DNA of 64,000 nucleotides, taken from Nemertoderma westbladi. Lineage: Eukaryota; Animalia; Xenacoelomorpha. The notes under the pieces were generated by a model. The model was given only the letters and a program-made list of their open reading frames with translations, was not told the DNA's origin and ran no database searches. This document shows, one piece after another, positions 60,947-64,000 of the stretch (position 1 is its first letter; each line of letters opens with the position of its first letter). The stretch covers positions 1-64,000 of the forward strand of contig JAUCBJ010005774.1 in assembly GCA_032718475.1 (NCBI GenBank). Direction: 5' to 3'. A program made the translations under genes and the position numbers.

Positions 60947-63900
60947 TGTACCATTAAATAATATCCGCACAGTGGCGCTGTTTATTTACTAAGATATTAA
61001 TTATTGGCCTGTACCATTAAAATCCGCACAGTGGCGCTGTTTATACACTATCCTTTTCACTTGTACCATTAGTATCCGCACAGTGGCGCTGTTTATACAC
61101 TATCCTTTGCACTTGTACCCTTAGTATCCGCACAGTGGCGCTGTTTATACACTATCATTTTCACTTGTACCATTAGTATCCGCCCAGTGGCGCTGTTTAT
61201 ACACTATCCTTTTCACTTGTACCATTAGTATCCGCACAGTGGCGCTGTTTATACACTATCCTTTTCACTTGTACCATTAGTATCCGCCCAGTGGCGCTGT
61301 TTATACACTATCCTTTTCACTTGTACCATTAGTATCCGCACAGTGGCGCTGTTTATACACTATCCTTTTCACTTGTACCATTAGTATCCGCCCAGTGGCG
61401 CTGTTTATACACTATCCTTTTCACTTGTACCATTAGTATCCGCCCAGTGGCGCTGTTTATACACTATCCTTTTCACTTATACCATTAGTATCCGCACAGT
61501 GGCGCTGTTTATACACTATCCTTTTCACTTGTACCATTAGTATCCGCCCAGTGGCGCTGTTTATACACTATCCTTTTCACTTGTACCATTAGTATCCGCA
61601 CAGTGGCGCTGTTTATACACTATCCTTTTCACTTGTACCATTAGTATCCGCCCAGTGGCGCTGTTTATACACTATCCTTTTCACTTGTACCCTTAGTATC
61701 CGCACAGTGGCGCTGTTTATACACTATCCTTTTCACTTGTACCATTAGTATCCGCACAGTGGCGCTGTTTATACACTATCCTTTTCACTTGTACCATTAG
61801 TATCCGCACAGTGGCGCTGTTTATACACTATCCTTTTCACTTGTACCATTAGTATCCGCCCAGTGGCGCTGTTTATACACTATCCTTTTCACTTGTACCC
61901 TTAGTATCCGCACAGTGGCGCTGTTTATACACTATCCTTTTCACTTGTACCATTAGTATCCGCACAGTGGCGCTGTTTATACACTATCCTTTTCACTTGT
62001 ACCATTAGTATCCGCACAGTGGCGCTGTTTATACACTATCCTTTTCACTTGTACCATTAGTATCCGCACAGTGGCGCTGTTTATACACTATCCTTTTCAC
62101 TTGTACCATTAGTATCCGCCCAGTGGCGCTGTTTATACACTATCCTTTTCACTTATACCATTAGTATCCGCACAGTGGCGCTGTTTATACACTATCCTTT
62201 TCACTTGTACCATTAGTATCCGCCCAGTGGCGCTGTTTATACACTATCCTTTTCACTTGTACCATTAGTATCCGCACAGTGGCGCTGTTTATACACTATC
62301 CTTTTCACTTGTACCATTAGTATCCGCCCAGTGGCGCTGTTTATACACTATCCTTTTCACTTGTACCATTAGTATCCGCACAGTGGCGCTGTTTATACAC
62401 TATCCTTTTCACTTGTACCATTAGTATCCGCACAGTGGCGCTGTTTATACACTATCCTTTTCACTTGTACCATTAGTATCCGCACAGTGGCGCTGTTTAT
62501 ACACTATCCTTTTCACTTGTACCATTAGTATCCGCACAGTGGCGCTGTTTATACATTCTCCTTTTCACTTGTACCATTAGTATCCGCACAGTGGCGCTGT
62601 TTATACACTACCCTTTTCACTTGTACCATTAGTATCCGCACAGTGGCGCTGTTTATACATTCTCCTTTTCACTTGTACCCTTAGTATCCGCACAGTGGCG
62701 CTGTTTATACACTACCCTTTTCACTTGTACCATTAGTATCCGCACAGTGGCGCTGTTTATACACTATCCTTTTCACTTGTACCATTAGTATCCGCACAGT
62801 GGCGCTGTTTATACACTATCCTTTTCACTTGTACCATTAGTATCCGCACAGTGGCGCTGTTTATACATTCTCCTTTTCACTTGTACCCTTAGTATCCGCA
62901 CAGTGGCGCTGTTTATACACTACCCTTTTCACTTGTACCATTAGTATCCGCACAGTGGCGCTGTTTATACACTATCCTTTTCACTTGTACCATTAGTATC
63001 CGCCCAGTGGCGCTGTTTATACACTATCCTTTTCACTTATACCATTAGTATCCGCACAGTGGCGCTGTTTATACACTATCCTTTTCACTTGTACCATTAG
63101 TATCCGCCCAGTGGCGCTGTTTATACACTATCCTTTTCACTTGTACCATTAGTATCCGCACAGTGGCGCTGTTTATACACTATCCTTTTCACTTGTACCA
63201 TTAGTATCCGCCCAGTGGCGCTGTTTATACACTATCCTTTTCACTTGTACCATTAGTATCCGCACAGTGGCGCTGTTTATACACTATCCTTTTCACTTGT
63301 ACCATTAGTATCCGCACAGTGGCGCTGTTTATACACTATCCTTTTCACTTGTACCATTAGTATCCGCACAGTGGCGCTGTTTATACACTATCCTTTTCAC
63401 TTGTACCATTAGTATCCGCACAGTGGCGCTGTTTATACATTCTCCTTTTCACTTGTACCATTAGTATCCGCACAGTGGCGCTGTTTATACACTACCCTTT
63501 TCACTTGTACCATTAGTATCCGCACAGTGGCGCTGTTTATACACTATCCTTTTCACTTGTACCCTTAGTATCCGCACAGTGGCGCTGTTTATACACTATC
63601 CTTTTCACTTGTACCATTAGTATCCGCACAGTGGCGCTGTTTATACACTATCCTTTTCACTTATACCATTAGTATCCGCACAGTGGCGCTGTTTATACAC
63701 TATCCTTTTCACTTGTACCATTAGTATCCGCACAGTGGCGCTGTTTATACACTATCCTTTTCACTTGTACCATTAGTATCCGCACAGTGGCGCTGTTTAT
63801 ACACTATCCTTTTCACTTGTACCATTAGTATCCGCACAGTGGCGCTGTTTATACACTATCCTTTTCACTTGTACCATTAGTATCCGCACAGTGGCGCTGT

Positions 63901-64000
63901 TTATACATTCTCCTTTTCACTTGTACCATTAGTATCCGCACAGTGGCGCTGTTTATACACTACCCTTTTCACTTGTACCATTAGTATCCGCACAGTGGCG
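60947..64000. repeat. 52-bp minisatellite, more than 55 copies, runs off the window
   Basis: Unit gtaccattagtatccgcacagtggcgctgtttatacactatccttttcactt; degenerate copies at the low-coordinate end. Confidence 0.95.

Overview
Eukaryotic (animal, probably marine invertebrate; species not identifiable) genomic DNA. The backbone is a minus-strand Fat-like protocadherin gene (FAT1-3/kugelei subfamily). I traced 22 exons by hand from 60701 down to 6257 (5126 nt, about 1700 aa; all GT-AG, reading phase consistent): cadherin repeats, EGF, one laminin-G, EGF, EGF. The gene runs off both window ends. Its introns carry three intronless plus-strand genes (a Cys-rich, probably GPI-anchored protein; a class-V PLP C-S lyase; a glutamate carboxypeptidase II-like peptidase) and the start of a same-strand cytochrome-b5-domain gene. 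They also carry a young Ty3/Gypsy element, an intact MULE, non-autonomous TIR elements, RTE LINE and SINE fragments, and about 20 kb of minisatellites. The most unusual signal: several arrays are copies of the 3' boundary of the adjacent coding segment and extend downstream in that segment's sense direction. This holds for two Fat exon-tail plus 5' splice-site arrays (about 160 and about 22 donor copies), the stop-codon region of a nested gene, and the ORF end of an RTE LINE. All coordinates, alignments and copy numbers were read by eye; no searches were run.
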